Assembly: GCA_903951425.1 (NCBI GenBank)
Contig: CAJBBX010000063.1
Coordinates: 17,051 to 81,050 of the forward strand
DNA: 64,000 bases
From: an uncultured Chthonomonas sp.
GTDB lineage: Bacteria > Armatimonadota > Chthonomonadetes > Chthonomonadales > CAJBBX01
Direction of reading: 5' to 3'
Position numbers and translations under genes: made by a program. A model generated the notes under the pieces. That model had not been told where the DNA came from. It was given only the letters and a program-made list of their open reading frames with translations, and searched no databases. Position 1 is the stretch's first letter, and every line of letters begins with the position of its first letter. This document shows, piece after piece, positions 1-9,179 of the stretch.

Positions 1-66
1 CGACATCGGACTTGAACAGAGGGTCAGGCACCATGGGCGGCTCCGTGGCTTCGCGCCTACAGCAGA

Positions 67-98
67 GCGCCGCGCCCCAGATCGGAGGGGCGCGGCGC
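67..98 (-). terminator. Candidate intrinsic terminator hairpin downstream of the corrinoid protein gene
   Basis: Perfect 12-bp inverted repeat gcgccgcgcccc / ggggcgcggcgc with an 8-nt loop, 78 nt past the minus-strand stop at 176. The tail on the minus strand (UCUGCUGU) is only weakly U-rich. Confidence 0.4.
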
Positions 99-175
99 AA
101 AGGCCGGAGTTGTCGAACGCGACGCAAAGGGCGCGATCGGCGAACGCGGCATGTATGGATGGGCCTGAGCCCGAC

Positions 176-808
176 CTAGACTAGGAGCTGCCGGGCGATC
201 CGGACGGCGCCGCTGGCGTTGTCGCTGAAGCCGTCGGCCCCGATCTCATCGGCGAAGCGCTGGGTGACAGGAGCGCCGCCGATCATGACCTTGACCTTGC
301 CCTTGAGACCGGCCTGGTCGATGGCGTCCACGGTGGTCTTCATGCCGGGCATGGTGGTCGTCAGGAGGGCGGACATGGCGATCACGTCGGCGCCCTTCTC
401 ACGGGCGGCTTCGACGAACTTCTCCGGAGAGACGTCCACGCCCAGGTCGATAATATCGAACCCACCACCCTCGAGCATGGCGGCGACGAGGTTCTTGCCG
501 ATGTCATGGAGGTCGCCACGGACGGTGCCGATGGCGACCTTACCGGCCGACTTGGCGCCGGCGGCAACGAGCTTGGGTCGGATCAGCTCCAGGGCGCCCT
601 TCATGGCGCGAGCTGCGATCAGGAGCTCGGGAACGAAGTACTCGTTGGCCTCGAAGAGGCGGCCCACTTCGTCCATTGCCGGGATCATGTACTTCGCGAG
701 GAGCTCCTGCGGGTCAGCGCCCCCATCAAGTGCGGTTTGCACAAGGGACTTGGCCGTCGGTGCGTCGCCTTCAAGTACGGCAGTGTACAGTTCTTGCAAG
801 TCTGTCAT
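176..808 (-). CDS. Cobalamin-binding corrinoid protein (B12-binding domain with helical cap)
   Basis: 210-aa ORF. It has the B12-binding signature DxHxxG (GDLHDIGKN), then MSALLTTT and MIGGAPV, with an N-terminal helical cap. Resembles methyltransferase corrinoid proteins and the MetH B12 module. Confidence 0.85.
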   Translation of the reverse strand: MTDLQELYTAVLEGDAPTAKSLVQTALDGGADPQELLAKYMIPAMDEVGRLFEANEYFVPELLIAARAMKGALELIRPKLVAAGAKSAGKVAIGTVRGDLHDIGKNLVAAMLEGGGFDIIDLGVDVSPEKFVEAAREKGADVIAMSALLTTTMPGMKTTVDAIDQAGLKGKVKVMIGGAPVTQRFADEIGADGFSDNASGAVRIARQLLV

Positions 809-850
809 CGCATTGCCATCCTTATGGATTGGTGATTTGGGCTCGCCGGC

Positions 851-1117
851 CTAGCCTCTCGGGAACCGATCCGGATGAAGATCGGCCGATCTCCCGATGA
901 GTACGTCCTCGTCCTGCTCTACGTCGGGATCCGTTTCCACGGCCCCAACCGGGCAAATCGCGGCGCACCGCGATGCGTCATTGAAACCGAAACACTCCGT
1001 GCACATGCTGGAGTCGATGACTACCGCGCCATCCACTTCGGTGATGCCGCCATTGGGGCACTCCGATATGCACACGCCGCATACGATGCAGCGTTCGTCA
1101 TTGATGCGCCTTGCCAT
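851..1117 (-). CDS. 2x[4Fe-4S] ferredoxin (YfhL-like)
   Basis: Track ORF 851..1159 trimmed to the ATG at 1117 (MARRINDERC...). Cys clusters are CIVCGVCISECP and CTEC..(9)..CAAICP. Confidence 0.8.
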   Translation of the reverse strand: MARRINDERCIVCGVCISECPNGGITEVDGAVVIDSSMCTECFGFNDASRCAAICPVGAVETDPDVEQDEDVLIGRSADLHPDRFPRG

Positions 1118-1252
1118 GCTTGCCGCAACTCCCGGGCCCTGCCCCTCGCCAGAGCGCACTACCGGCTGCTAAGAGTTCTACACGTAATCGGGATTCCCTC
1201 CATGGTCTGCGAGAATCTCCGGAATACGCCCTGATAGCTGCACCCTACCGCT

Positions 1253-3772
1253 TCACGGACGGTCTACCCGGTTACGCTCAAGTGTCCGTGACGCGGACTG
1301 GATGGTGCCTGCCGCCGGCGCCGCCTGCCGCCAAGGCAGAGTATACCCAATGCCCGGGATCACGTCGAAGGCATCATCCGCCGCCCAGGCCTCGCATTCC
1401 GGATGCAGGCAGACGCCCCAAGCAAAGGTATCCGACGTGACGACCAACCGGTCGCCAACGATGTCCGCCCTGATCTCGGAAGGAACGAACTCCAGGTCGC
1501 CGAAACGGGCGAGGAAGAGGCGATCGACCGCCGCGCTCCCGTCGCCCACATCGGCCCTTGCGAAGGCGCCGGACCGTGTGAGACCCTGGGCCTCCATGGC
1601 CGAGACGGGCAGCGCCGCCACGCAGGAGGCCGAGTTCGGGGCCACGGCGGCCCGGACCGTCTCGTCCAGCGGGAGGCCGCCTGCCAGGCCGAAGATGCCG
1701 AACCGCACGTCGCCGGTCCACGTCGCAGGCGTCTCGTTGACCAGGTAGACCTGCACCTCGTCGCCCTCGTGCGCCAGGACGACGATAACTGGCGCGAAGG
1801 CGCGGCGCACCGGGTGGTAGGCCAGCTTCGGCCGCAGGTAGTAGTCGACGATGGTCCAGCCGTGGGTCACGGGCCAGGAGTCGTTGTACATCCAGAAGAT
1901 GGCAGAGGCGCTGCTGAACATGCGGCGGCGGTAGTTGCGGATGTACTCCGACAGCCCCTCGGCCTGCAGCATTGCGCTCAGGAGCGCGTAGTCGGCCATG
2001 GGCATGGCATCATGGCTAAGGCCGGTCCAGAGCCGAAGCGTCTGATAGGCGCGGCCAAGCTCGCCGGGCTGCGATGCGCGGATGGCCAGCGGGTTGTCGT
2101 GGTGCACCCAGGAGGGCGACAGCACCTTGCGGTCGGCCTCGGGCAGGAACTGGCGGAGCGTGGCAAGGCCCGTGGCGCCCAGGACGCCGCCCTCGTTGGG
2201 GAAACGGTCCACGTAGTCGCGGTACTGCCAGAAGTCGGCCGGCCCCGGCTTCATGATGGAGACGCCCCACGGGTGCTGGTCGCCAACGACGGGGTCGTTG
2301 GGGTCGCGGTAGTCCGGCGAGTAGGGCGAGCTGATCCAGTAGACGCGGGTTGGGTCCTCGCGGGCCGCCAACCGGGGCAGGTAGAGGTGGAACATGGCGT
2401 AGTGCGGGTGGGCGGGGCGCATGCCGGCATAGCCCCAGCCGTGGTCGCCCCACTCGATCTCGTTGCTGCCGCACCAGACGACGAGGCTGGGATGGTGCAT
2501 CCGCGCCCGCATGGCCTCGGTGACCTCTGCCTCGACCTCGCGCACGAAGTCGGGATCGTCGCCGGGGTACTGGGCGCAGGCGAAGCCGAGGTCGTGCCAG
2601 ATCAGGATGCCCGCCTCGTCGCAGGCGTCGCAGACCACTTCGGGCGCGTAGATGCCGCCGCCCCAGACGCGGAGCGTGTTGAAGTTGGCCCCTACGGCCC
2701 GGTCGACCAACTCGCGGTAGGTGTCGTCGCTCACGGCATCGTGGTAGAGGTCGGCGGGGACCCAGTTGCCGCCCTTGCAGAAGATCGGCCGATCGTTGAC
2801 GCGGAGGATGCAGTAGCTACCCGTCACCGGGTGCGCCGACTGGTCGATCTCAACCTTGCGGACGCCGAAGCGCCGGACGCAGGCCTCCGCCGCGCCGCCG
2901 GAGGTCCATGTGACGCGCGCGTCGTAGAGCGCCTGCTCGCCGTGCCCGCGCGGCCACCAGAGGCGCGGTTTCTCCAGACGCAGCCCCACCTGCGCCAAGG
3001 AGTTGCCGGGTTGCACGGTGACGGCGACCTCAGCCTGCGCTCCGTCGATCTCCAGGCGCAGGAGCCCCTCGGCGAACTCAGAGCCGGTCCAGAGGAGCGA
3101 GACGCGGGCCGTCACCTCCGCCGAGGACAGGTCGGCCGAGGCGGCGGCGGTCACCCAGCATCGCTCGACCTTCGGCGCGGCGGCATACTCGAGCCTGACA
3201 CTGCCGGTGATGCCCACGTTCATGAGCCGCGGGTGCCAATCCCAGCCGCACTGGTGCTGCGCCTTGCGGATCAGCGGGCGGCGGGTCATGCGGGCGGGCC
3301 AATCGGCGCCGTAGCCGGAGACGGGCCTGTCGTTCAGGGCATGGAGACCCGTCTCGACCAGCACGACCACCTGGTTCTCGCCGGGTCGCAGGGCCTGGGT
3401 CACATCGAACCGCGCAGAACGGTGGGCCGTGACGTGGCTGCCCACCTGAGCGCCGTTAACGAAGACGGTCGCGGCCGCCTCGAGCGTCTCGAAGCAGAGC
3501 CACGCCGATTGCCCGACCGCCTCCTCGGGCAGGTCAAAGGTTCGGCGCAGCGACCAGAACTGCTCCTCAACCCACCGGGCCCTCAGGCTGTTAAGGCCGA
3601 TGCGCGGATCGTCGATGAGGCCCAGCCGCTCCAGCGAAGCATGGATCGTGCCGGGAACGCTCACCGATAGGGGGCACTGGCCCTCCAGGTTCGGGCCCGC
3701 CATATACTCCGGCGCGTCCTCGGTGAAGACGGCCTTCCACACCCCATCCAAACAGATCGATCCGCTCATCAT
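1253..3772 (-). CDS. Glycoside hydrolase family 2, beta-mannosidase-like
   Basis: Track ORF 1253..4165 trimmed to ATGATG at 3772, preceded by TGGGAGGGA (RBS). The discarded 131 aa are Arg-rich and run into the divergent promoter region. Motifs GGNWVPAD, LRVWGGGIY, CDEAGILIWHD and WCGSNEIEW (NE acid/base) fit the GH2 mannosidase subgroup. Confidence 0.85.
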   Translation of the reverse strand: MMSGSICLDGVWKAVFTEDAPEYMAGPNLEGQCPLSVSVPGTIHASLERLGLIDDPRIGLNSLRARWVEEQFWSLRRTFDLPEEAVGQSAWLCFETLEAAATVFVNGAQVGSHVTAHRSARFDVTQALRPGENQVVVLVETGLHALNDRPVSGYGADWPARMTRRPLIRKAQHQCGWDWHPRLMNVGITGSVRLEYAAAPKVERCWVTAAASADLSSAEVTARVSLLWTGSEFAEGLLRLEIDGAQAEVAVTVQPGNSLAQVGLRLEKPRLWWPRGHGEQALYDARVTWTSGGAAEACVRRFGVRKVEIDQSAHPVTGSYCILRVNDRPIFCKGGNWVPADLYHDAVSDDTYRELVDRAVGANFNTLRVWGGGIYAPEVVCDACDEAGILIWHDLGFACAQYPGDDPDFVREVEAEVTEAMRARMHHPSLVVWCGSNEIEWGDHGWGYAGMRPAHPHYAMFHLYLPRLAAREDPTRVYWISSPYSPDYRDPNDPVVGDQHPWGVSIMKPGPADFWQYRDYVDRFPNEGGVLGATGLATLRQFLPEADRKVLSPSWVHHDNPLAIRASQPGELGRAYQTLRLWTGLSHDAMPMADYALLSAMLQAEGLSEYIRNYRRRMFSSASAIFWMYNDSWPVTHGWTIVDYYLRPKLAYHPVRRAFAPVIVVLAHEGDEVQVYLVNETPATWTGDVRFGIFGLAGGLPLDETVRAAVAPNSASCVAALPVSAMEAQGLTRSGAFARADVGDGSAAVDRLFLARFGDLEFVPSEIRADIVGDRLVVTSDTFAWGVCLHPECEAWAADDAFDVIPGIGYTLPWRQAAPAAGTIQSASRTLERNRVDRP

Positions 3773-3929
3773 CCCTCCCAGTCGGCCTCTTGCCGGTACG
3801 CCGGGTGTTTGGCCGCGGCGGGACCGGATTCCTGCGCCGAAACAGGACAACGAGGCGAACTGGGCGAATATGGCCGCAACCAGCAATGCAGCGCGGCACG
3901 CAAGCCGCCCGCGCCTCAGGAGCGATCGA

Positions 3930-5594
3930 ATGAACTGCCTATCCGGGCCTCTGGGCGAGTTGGCCCTGCCGATGGCCGGCCGCAACCGCCGCATCTCCAG
4001 CAACGAGCAACCGAACTGGCAGGACGGCAACTTCGATATGACGCGCCTGGCGCCAGGCGAGACCTTCGAGATGCCCGTACTGAAGGGCCCGGGCGTCATC
4101 ACGCATATCTGGATGACCAGCCACGCGGGCGGCGTGAACGAGCTGAACGCCCTGAGCCTGCGCATCTACTGGGACGGCGACCAGACGCCCGCCGTGGAGG
4201 CGCCGCTGGGCGACTTCTTCGCGGTGGGCCACGGACGCCCGGCCACGGTGGAGAGCGTGCCCGTGCAGGTCTCCCCCACCGGTAGCCTCACCTGCTACTG
4301 GCGCATGCCCTTCCGCGGGTCGGCGCGGATCGTGATCCGCAACGACAACATGGAGCGCTCAACCGGGCTCTACTGGCAGGTTGACTGGGTGGAGGTGCCC
4401 GAACTGCCGGCCGAGACCATGCACTTCCACGCCCAGTACCGGCAAGAGCATCCCGCGGCGCCGGGCGACTACCTGGTCGCCGACCTGGAGGGTGAGGGCG
4501 CCTACGTGGGCACGGTCATGTCCGTGACCATGGCCCAGGACGGCTGGTTCGGCGAAGGCGACGACTTCTTCTACATCGACGGCGAGGCCGTCCCGAGCCT
4601 GCAGGGCACGGGGTCGGAGGACTACTTCAACGACGCATGGGGCTTCCGCCCGCGCTGCAGCGCGTGGTTTGGGCAGCCGCGCTGGGAGGGCTGGTCGGCC
4701 GGGGACGGCGGCGTCTGCTACCGGTGGCATGTGCTGGACCCGGTCCGATTCAGCGAGTCGCTCCGATTCACCATCGAGCACAAGGGCAACTGCGCGGAGT
4801 CGGAGGACGGGTTTTTCATCGAGCGGCCCGACTTCCTCTCCTCCGTGGCGTTCTGGTATCAGGCGGGCCCGGCGAAGCGGTTCGCCGAGCTACCAGGCTG
4901 GCCCGATCGGCGCGTACCGTGGCAGGAGATCCACCTCCTCACCTCGCTTCGATCGGCGCGAGCCACCGGGAGCGCCTCGCCGCAGGTTCGCACGCTGGGC
5001 TTCTTTGGCGGCACTCCTGTGCTCCACTGGCCCAACACGGAGCCGGCGGCACGACTGGTGACCCCCATATCTGTAGATCGCGCCGGGCGGCACGCCATCC
5101 GGCTGACCACCTGGAAGGCGCCCGGGTTCGGCGAGTACGCCATCGAGATCGACGGAGAGCGCCTGCCGGTTACGCTGGACCTGAACGCAGCCGAGCCCGA
5201 GGCGGTGGACCTCCTTCTGGGCGTCCACAAGATGGACGAGGGCATCCACCTGCTCACCTTCGAGGCCGTGGGCGCAACGGCGGGGCCCATCGCGCTGGAG
5301 TTGCTGCGGTTGCTCTGCCTGCCGCCGGAGGCCGGGCGCGCGGTGAAGAACGACAACGAGGCGCACTTCATCCGGCTGGGTATCGGACGCGCGCTCTATG
5401 CCTACCGACTGGCCTACGGCACGCTGCCGGCATCGCTGGAGGCCATGGTGGAGTTGGGCATCATGGAGACGCGTTACCTGGCCGATGAGAACGGCCATAC
5501 GCTGGCGCAGGGGCCTTCCGGTGACCGGTTCGAGGTGGTCAGCGAGCAGGGGGGCTGGACGCACAGCTGGCAGGGCCTGGACGCTCGCCGCTGA
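3930..5594 (+). CDS. DUF2961 / GH172-family glycoside hydrolase with extra C-terminal region
   Basis: Track ORF 3600..5594 trimmed to the ATG at 3930, with AGGAG 8 nt upstream. ATG 3870 is an alternative start. Hallmarks are GPGVITHIWMT, CYWRMPF, GEGDDFFYIDGE and GTGSEDYFNDAWGF. About 240 aa follow the conserved core. Confidence 0.8.
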   Translation: MNCLSGPLGELALPMAGRNRRISSNEQPNWQDGNFDMTRLAPGETFEMPVLKGPGVITHIWMTSHAGGVNELNALSLRIYWDGDQTPAVEAPLGDFFAVGHGRPATVESVPVQVSPTGSLTCYWRMPFRGSARIVIRNDNMERSTGLYWQVDWVEVPELPAETMHFHAQYRQEHPAAPGDYLVADLEGEGAYVGTVMSVTMAQDGWFGEGDDFFYIDGEAVPSLQGTGSEDYFNDAWGFRPRCSAWFGQPRWEGWSAGDGGVCYRWHVLDPVRFSESLRFTIEHKGNCAESEDGFFIERPDFLSSVAFWYQAGPAKRFAELPGWPDRRVPWQEIHLLTSLRSARATGSASPQVRTLGFFGGTPVLHWPNTEPAARLVTPISVDRAGRHAIRLTTWKAPGFGEYAIEIDGERLPVTLDLNAAEPEAVDLLLGVHKMDEGIHLLTFEAVGATAGPIALELLRLLCLPPEAGRAVKNDNEAHFIRLGIGRALYAYRLAYGTLPASLEAMVELGIMETRYLADENGHTLAQGPSGDRFEVVSEQGGWTHSWQGLDARR

Positions 5595-5627
5595 CCCGGC
5601 ACAGGCCATGCAGCCGCCCCTGACCCG

Positions 5628-6248
5628 CTACGCGGCGGGCTTCATGGGGCGGCCGTTGGCCGTCAACAGGTCGGCGATGCCCTGCATGACGCGGGCCATC
5701 ATCGTCTCGCGGCTGGTTTCCGGTCCGAAGACGAGCGGCTCGCCGAAGACGACCGTGATCTGTGTGGGCTTCAGGCGCTTGGCGCCTGGAGGCCACATGG
5801 CCTCGGGGCCTATGAGGGCGCAGGGCACCACTGGGGCGCCGGACTTCTGCACGATGAGCGCCAGGCCGCCTTCGGCCGGCTGCAGGTTGCCGTCTGGGCT
5901 GCGGGTGCCCTCGGGGAAGAGGACGAGGCCCCACGGCACCTTCAGCACCGCCAGCGCATGCCGGATGGCAGCGCGGTCAGCCGAGTCGCGATGGACGGGG
6001 AAGGCGTGGCTACGGTCCATGAACCAGCCCAGCACGGGCGACTTCCATAGGTCATGCCGGGCCATGTAGGCGCACTCGCGTTTGATACAGGAGCCCACCA
6101 GCGGCGGGTCGAGGTAGCTGACGTGATTCGACGCCACGATGAAGGGGCCGGTCGTCGGGATGTTTGAATGCCCGATGATCCGGGTGCGGCCGACGACCTT
6201 GTAGAAGACCTTGGATGCGGCCCAGCACATCCGGTAGCCGAAGGTCAC
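5628..6248 (-). CDS. plsC: 1-acyl-sn-glycerol-3-phosphate acyltransferase
   Basis: HX4D acyltransferase motif NHVSYLDP and FPEGTRS. The start ATG forms a 4-bp ATGA overlap with the cmk stop. Confidence 0.85.
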   Translation of the reverse strand: MTFGYRMCWAASKVFYKVVGRTRIIGHSNIPTTGPFIVASNHVSYLDPPLVGSCIKRECAYMARHDLWKSPVLGWFMDRSHAFPVHRDSADRAAIRHALAVLKVPWGLVLFPEGTRSPDGNLQPAEGGLALIVQKSGAPVVPCALIGPEAMWPPGAKRLKPTQITVVFGEPLVFGPETSRETMMARVMQGIADLLTANGRPMKPAA

Positions 6249-6931
6249 TGCGCACCCTCCCCTGCCTCGTTGGCCCAGGCCACGATGGCGTCGATCACCT
6301 GCTCCGGCGTCAGCCCGTCCGTCACCAACAGGCGGGCGTCATCGGCCTGCCGAAGGGGCGCCTCGGCGCGGGTGGTATCCCGCTCGTCGCGCTCGTTGAT
6401 CTCGCGCAGGATGGCAGTCACGTCAGCCACGACGTCCGCTGCGACCCTCTCCGCGGCTCGCCGGCGGGCGCGCTCCTCGGCCGATGCCGTCAGGAAGACT
6501 TTCACCTCGGCGTCGGGATAGACCACGGTGCCGATGTCGCGCCCCTCCATCACCACGCCACCTCGGGCGCCCATTTTGCGCTGTAGGCCGGTCATGGCCA
6601 GACGCACACCCGGGTGCTTGGAGACCGGCGACGAAAGCGCGCTGATCTCCGGGGTGCGGATCGCGTCGGTGATGTCCTCGCCGTCCGCGAGCACGCGCTG
6701 GACGCCTGCCGCGCCGGGAGCGAACTCCAGGCGCATGGCGGCGGCCGCCTCACCGCAGGCCTCGGCGTCCGCGGGGTCGATGCCGCCCCTGACACAGCGG
6801 AGGGCGGCCGCGCGGTACATGGCTCCGGTATCCACGTAGGTGAAGCCCAGGCGCGAAGCCACGCCGCGGGCCACGGTGCTCTTCCCGGCTCCGGCCGGGC
6901 CGTCGATGGCGACGATGGGCCTTCGGGTCAC
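6245..6931 (-). CDS. cmk: Cytidylate kinase
   Basis: P-loop IAIDGPAGAGKST followed by YVDTGAMYR. The start is placed at GTG 6931, which forms a GTGA overlap with the upstream stop. The track start at 6970 is also possible. Confidence 0.9.
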   Translation of the reverse strand: MTRRPIVAIDGPAGAGKSTVARGVASRLGFTYVDTGAMYRAAALRCVRGGIDPADAEACGEAAAAMRLEFAPGAAGVQRVLADGEDITDAIRTPEISALSSPVSKHPGVRLAMTGLQRKMGARGGVVMEGRDIGTVVYPDAEVKVFLTASAEERARRRAAERVAADVVADVTAILREINERDERDTTRAEAPLRQADDARLLVTDGLTPEQVIDAIVAWANEAGEGAQ

Positions 6932-7731
6932 TCTTGTTCCCCCTCGCCGTCCGGGCTCGGCGGCGCGCAAGCCACATACGAGATGCGGTCCGAAGTCGCC
7001 CGGACGGGCCTGAATGTGTAGGCGTGGTAAGCCTCGATACCCACATAGCCGGTGCGCTCGAGCATGGCGAGCACCTCCTCGTGACCATAGGCCCGCTGCG
7101 TGTGCGTCTCGATGAAGGGCCGCACGGTGCCGTCGCCGTCCACGTACTGGAAGCGCATGTTCACCGTGCAGTGGCGCGTTTCTGGGTCGTACTCGCTACG
7201 CCAGCGGTACTGCAATCGATCGGCGGTCGAGATATTATCCTGATCGAAGAAGCCGTTGCGTAGGGCATACTCCGAGTTCAGGTCGAACAGGAAGAGCCCG
7301 CCCGGCGAGAGGTGCGCCAGCACGCGCTGGAAGGCCTGCTGCAGCGCGACAGGATCAGTGATGTAATTAAGGCTGTCGAAGACGCAGACGCAGAGGTCCA
7401 CCGTGCGCCCGCCCAGGTCGAGGCGAGCCGCATCCTGCACGAGGTACTCGATGGGCAGGCGGGCGGTGCGGGCCTTGGCACGGGCGTGGGCGATCATCTC
7501 GGCCGAGAGGTCCACGCCGATAACGGGCCACCGCTTGCGGGCCATCAGCTCGGCCATGGCACCCGTGCCGCAGGCCAGGTCGAGTACCGCACCGGGGATC
7601 ATCAGGCGCCGCTGGAGCGATTGCTCGATGTACCGAAGCCACGAGCGGTAGGGCACGCCGCGCATGAGCTCGTCGTAGAACTCGGCGACGTCGGTGAACG
7701 AGGTGGGCCGGCCCGATGCGGCGGAGGTCAC
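6928..7731 (-). CDS. Class I SAM-dependent methyltransferase
   Basis: SAM motif I VLDLACGTG, followed by VIGVDLS and FDSLNY. The start GTG 7731 forms a GTGA overlap with the DUF92 stop. The rest of track ORF 6928..8229 overlaps the DUF92 gene in another frame. Confidence 0.8.
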   Translation of the reverse strand: MTSAASGRPTSFTDVAEFYDELMRGVPYRSWLRYIEQSLQRRLMIPGAVLDLACGTGAMAELMARKRWPVIGVDLSAEMIAHARAKARTARLPIEYLVQDAARLDLGGRTVDLCVCVFDSLNYITDPVALQQAFQRVLAHLSPGGLFLFDLNSEYALRNGFFDQDNISTADRLQYRWRSEYDPETRHCTVNMRFQYVDGDGTVRPFIETHTQRAYGHEEVLAMLERTGYVGIEAYHAYTFRPVRATSDRISYVACAPPSPDGEGEQE

Positions 7732-8579
7732 AGCCCGCCCCCGAACCAGCGCAGGAGGATCCACGCGAAGGCCACTCCCAGAGCCGAAGCCACGAGGTTC
7801 ACCGCGTTGTTGTCCATCGGGCCCCAGCCGGAGACGCGCTCGGCGGCGGCGGCGCAGTGGGTCCGCTCCTCCACCGTGGAGCCGCAGACGCGGCAACGGA
7901 AGCGCGCCTGAATGCCCGCGCCGAGGATGCTGTCGGCCAGCATGGCCAGGAAGCCCGCCCAGGTGACTGCGAAGACCTCGCCCAGATCGGGACGCCAAAT
8001 GAGCCCGGCTCCGCCCACCGGCCACCAGGCCGCCACCATGAGCGCCACGAAAAGAGATCCCGCCAGACCGGCAGCCACGCCCAGCAGCGTCACGCCGCCC
8101 GACTCGCCCGCAGCCACGTGCTTCCAAGTGCCGATCATCCTTGGGCGGGCACGGGAAAGACCGCCGATCTCGGTGGCCCATGTGTCCGCGTTCATCGAGG
8201 CCAGCGCGGCGGCGGAGAGGAGGAGCCACTCGCGACTGGAGGGAGTGCCGCCGGGGTTCGTGAAGGCGGACGCCAGCGCGATGAGCGCAGGAACGAGGCC
8301 GTTGGCCGCCACCTGCCAGGCGTCGCGCGCAGGCCCGGCGGCAACAGGCGCACCACGGCGACGGCGAACGCGCAGGCCCGCCGCCGAGAGCAGCGACGAG
8401 GAGGCGAAGAAGCTGACGAGCGCCACGGCGTGCGCGGCGCCGCCCAACCCGAACACCATGACGCCCACGCAGAAGGCGGCCACGCCGCCCGCAACGGTCA
8501 GGGCGCGAACGGCAACGCCTCCGCCCGCACCGGCGGCTACGGCCACGACCGCCGCGATCAGCCCGGCTGGATCACTCAT
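7728..8579 (-). CDS. DUF92/TMEM19-like integral membrane protein
   Basis: 283-aa Gly/Ala-rich ORF with about 7 hydrophobic segments. It contains a NADTWATEIGG-type motif and ESGGVTLLG. The family assignment is by recollection only. Confidence 0.7.
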   Translation of the reverse strand: MSDPAGLIAAVVAVAAGAGGGVAVRALTVAGGVAAFCVGVMVFGLGGAAHAVALVSFFASSSLLSAAGLRVRRRRGAPVAAGPARDAWQVAANGLVPALIALASAFTNPGGTPSSREWLLLSAAALASMNADTWATEIGGLSRARPRMIGTWKHVAAGESGGVTLLGVAAGLAGSLFVALMVAAWWPVGGAGLIWRPDLGEVFAVTWAGFLAMLADSILGAGIQARFRCRVCGSTVEERTHCAAAAERVSGWGPMDNNAVNLVASALGVAFAWILLRWFGGGL

Positions 8580-8591
8580 ACGAACCTCGGG

Positions 8592-9179
8592 TCACTTCCT
8601 CGAGACATAGCACGAACCGGCCACGCAGAAGCGCCAGTGCCGGTCCGCGGCCTTCGTCACGCCGATGCGTGGGCCAACCCGCACCTCCTGCAGCGCGGCC
8701 GGAGCCTCCAGCAGCGTCACGGGACCGGAGAACAGGTCGGAACCGTTGGCGGCGACATCGATGCCCAGCGCGGCGCAGAGCTTGCCCGGCCCTGAGCAGA
8801 GCATCCGATCCTCCTCGACACCACGACGGCTGTGCATCGCGTCCTGCCCCTGCACCGGCTCCAGCGCCCGGATCAGGACCGCCTCCCCTACCCCGGCCGG
8901 ACCGGTCACCACGTTGGCACAGCAGTGGACGCCATAGATACGATACACGTACAAGGTACCCGCCGCCATGAACATGGCGGCATTCCGCGCGGTCGGTCCC
9001 CGGAAGGCGTGGCACGCAGGGTCGTCGGAACCGTAGGCCTCGGTCTCCACGATGATGCCCGCCGTGACGGCGCCACCTAGTCGCGAGACCAGCGTGCAGC
9101 CCAGCAGGCGGCGGGCCACCTCCTCGGTGCGCCCCTCCAGCGCCGAGGCCGGCAACGGCTCCAAGGTGGACAGCGTCAC
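8592..9179 (-). CDS. mpg: DNA-3-methyladenine glycosylase (AAG/Mpg family)
   Basis: Motifs IIVETEAYG, DPACHAFRG, ARNAAMF and GTLYVYRIYGVHCCANVV. The start is placed at GTG 9179 (GTGA overlap with the upstream stop) rather than the track start at 9293. Confidence 0.8.
   Translation of the reverse strand: MTLSTLEPLPASALEGRTEEVARRLLGCTLVSRLGGAVTAGIIVETEAYGSDDPACHAFRGPTARNAAMFMAAGTLYVYRIYGVHCCANVVTGPAGVGEAVLIRALEPVQGQDAMHSRRGVEEDRMLCSGPGKLCAALGIDVAANGSDLFSGPVTLLEAPAALQEVRVGPRIGVTKAADRHWRFCVAGSCYVSRK

Noticed and set aside
1-34. Possible start of a minus-strand gene (ATG at 34, MVPDPLFKSDV...) leaving the window
   Set aside because: Only 11 codons are visible, which is too short to evaluate.
1403-3670. 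755-aa plus-strand ORF antisense to the GH2 gene
   Set aside because: It is Arg/Gly/Ala/Pro/Val-rich with no recognisable motif, and it mirrors a strongly supported minus-strand gene. This is the typical long shadow ORF of GC-rich DNA.
3773-4165. N-terminal extensions of track ORFs, such as the GH2 ORF to 4165, trpB to 12988, trpC to 14961, recO to 11247, MBL to 10636 and the methyltransferase to 8229
   Set aside because: The extensions overlap the neighbouring gene in another frame and are Arg-rich. Homology-like sequence begins at internal ATG/GTG codons that create RBS spacing or 4-bp overlaps.
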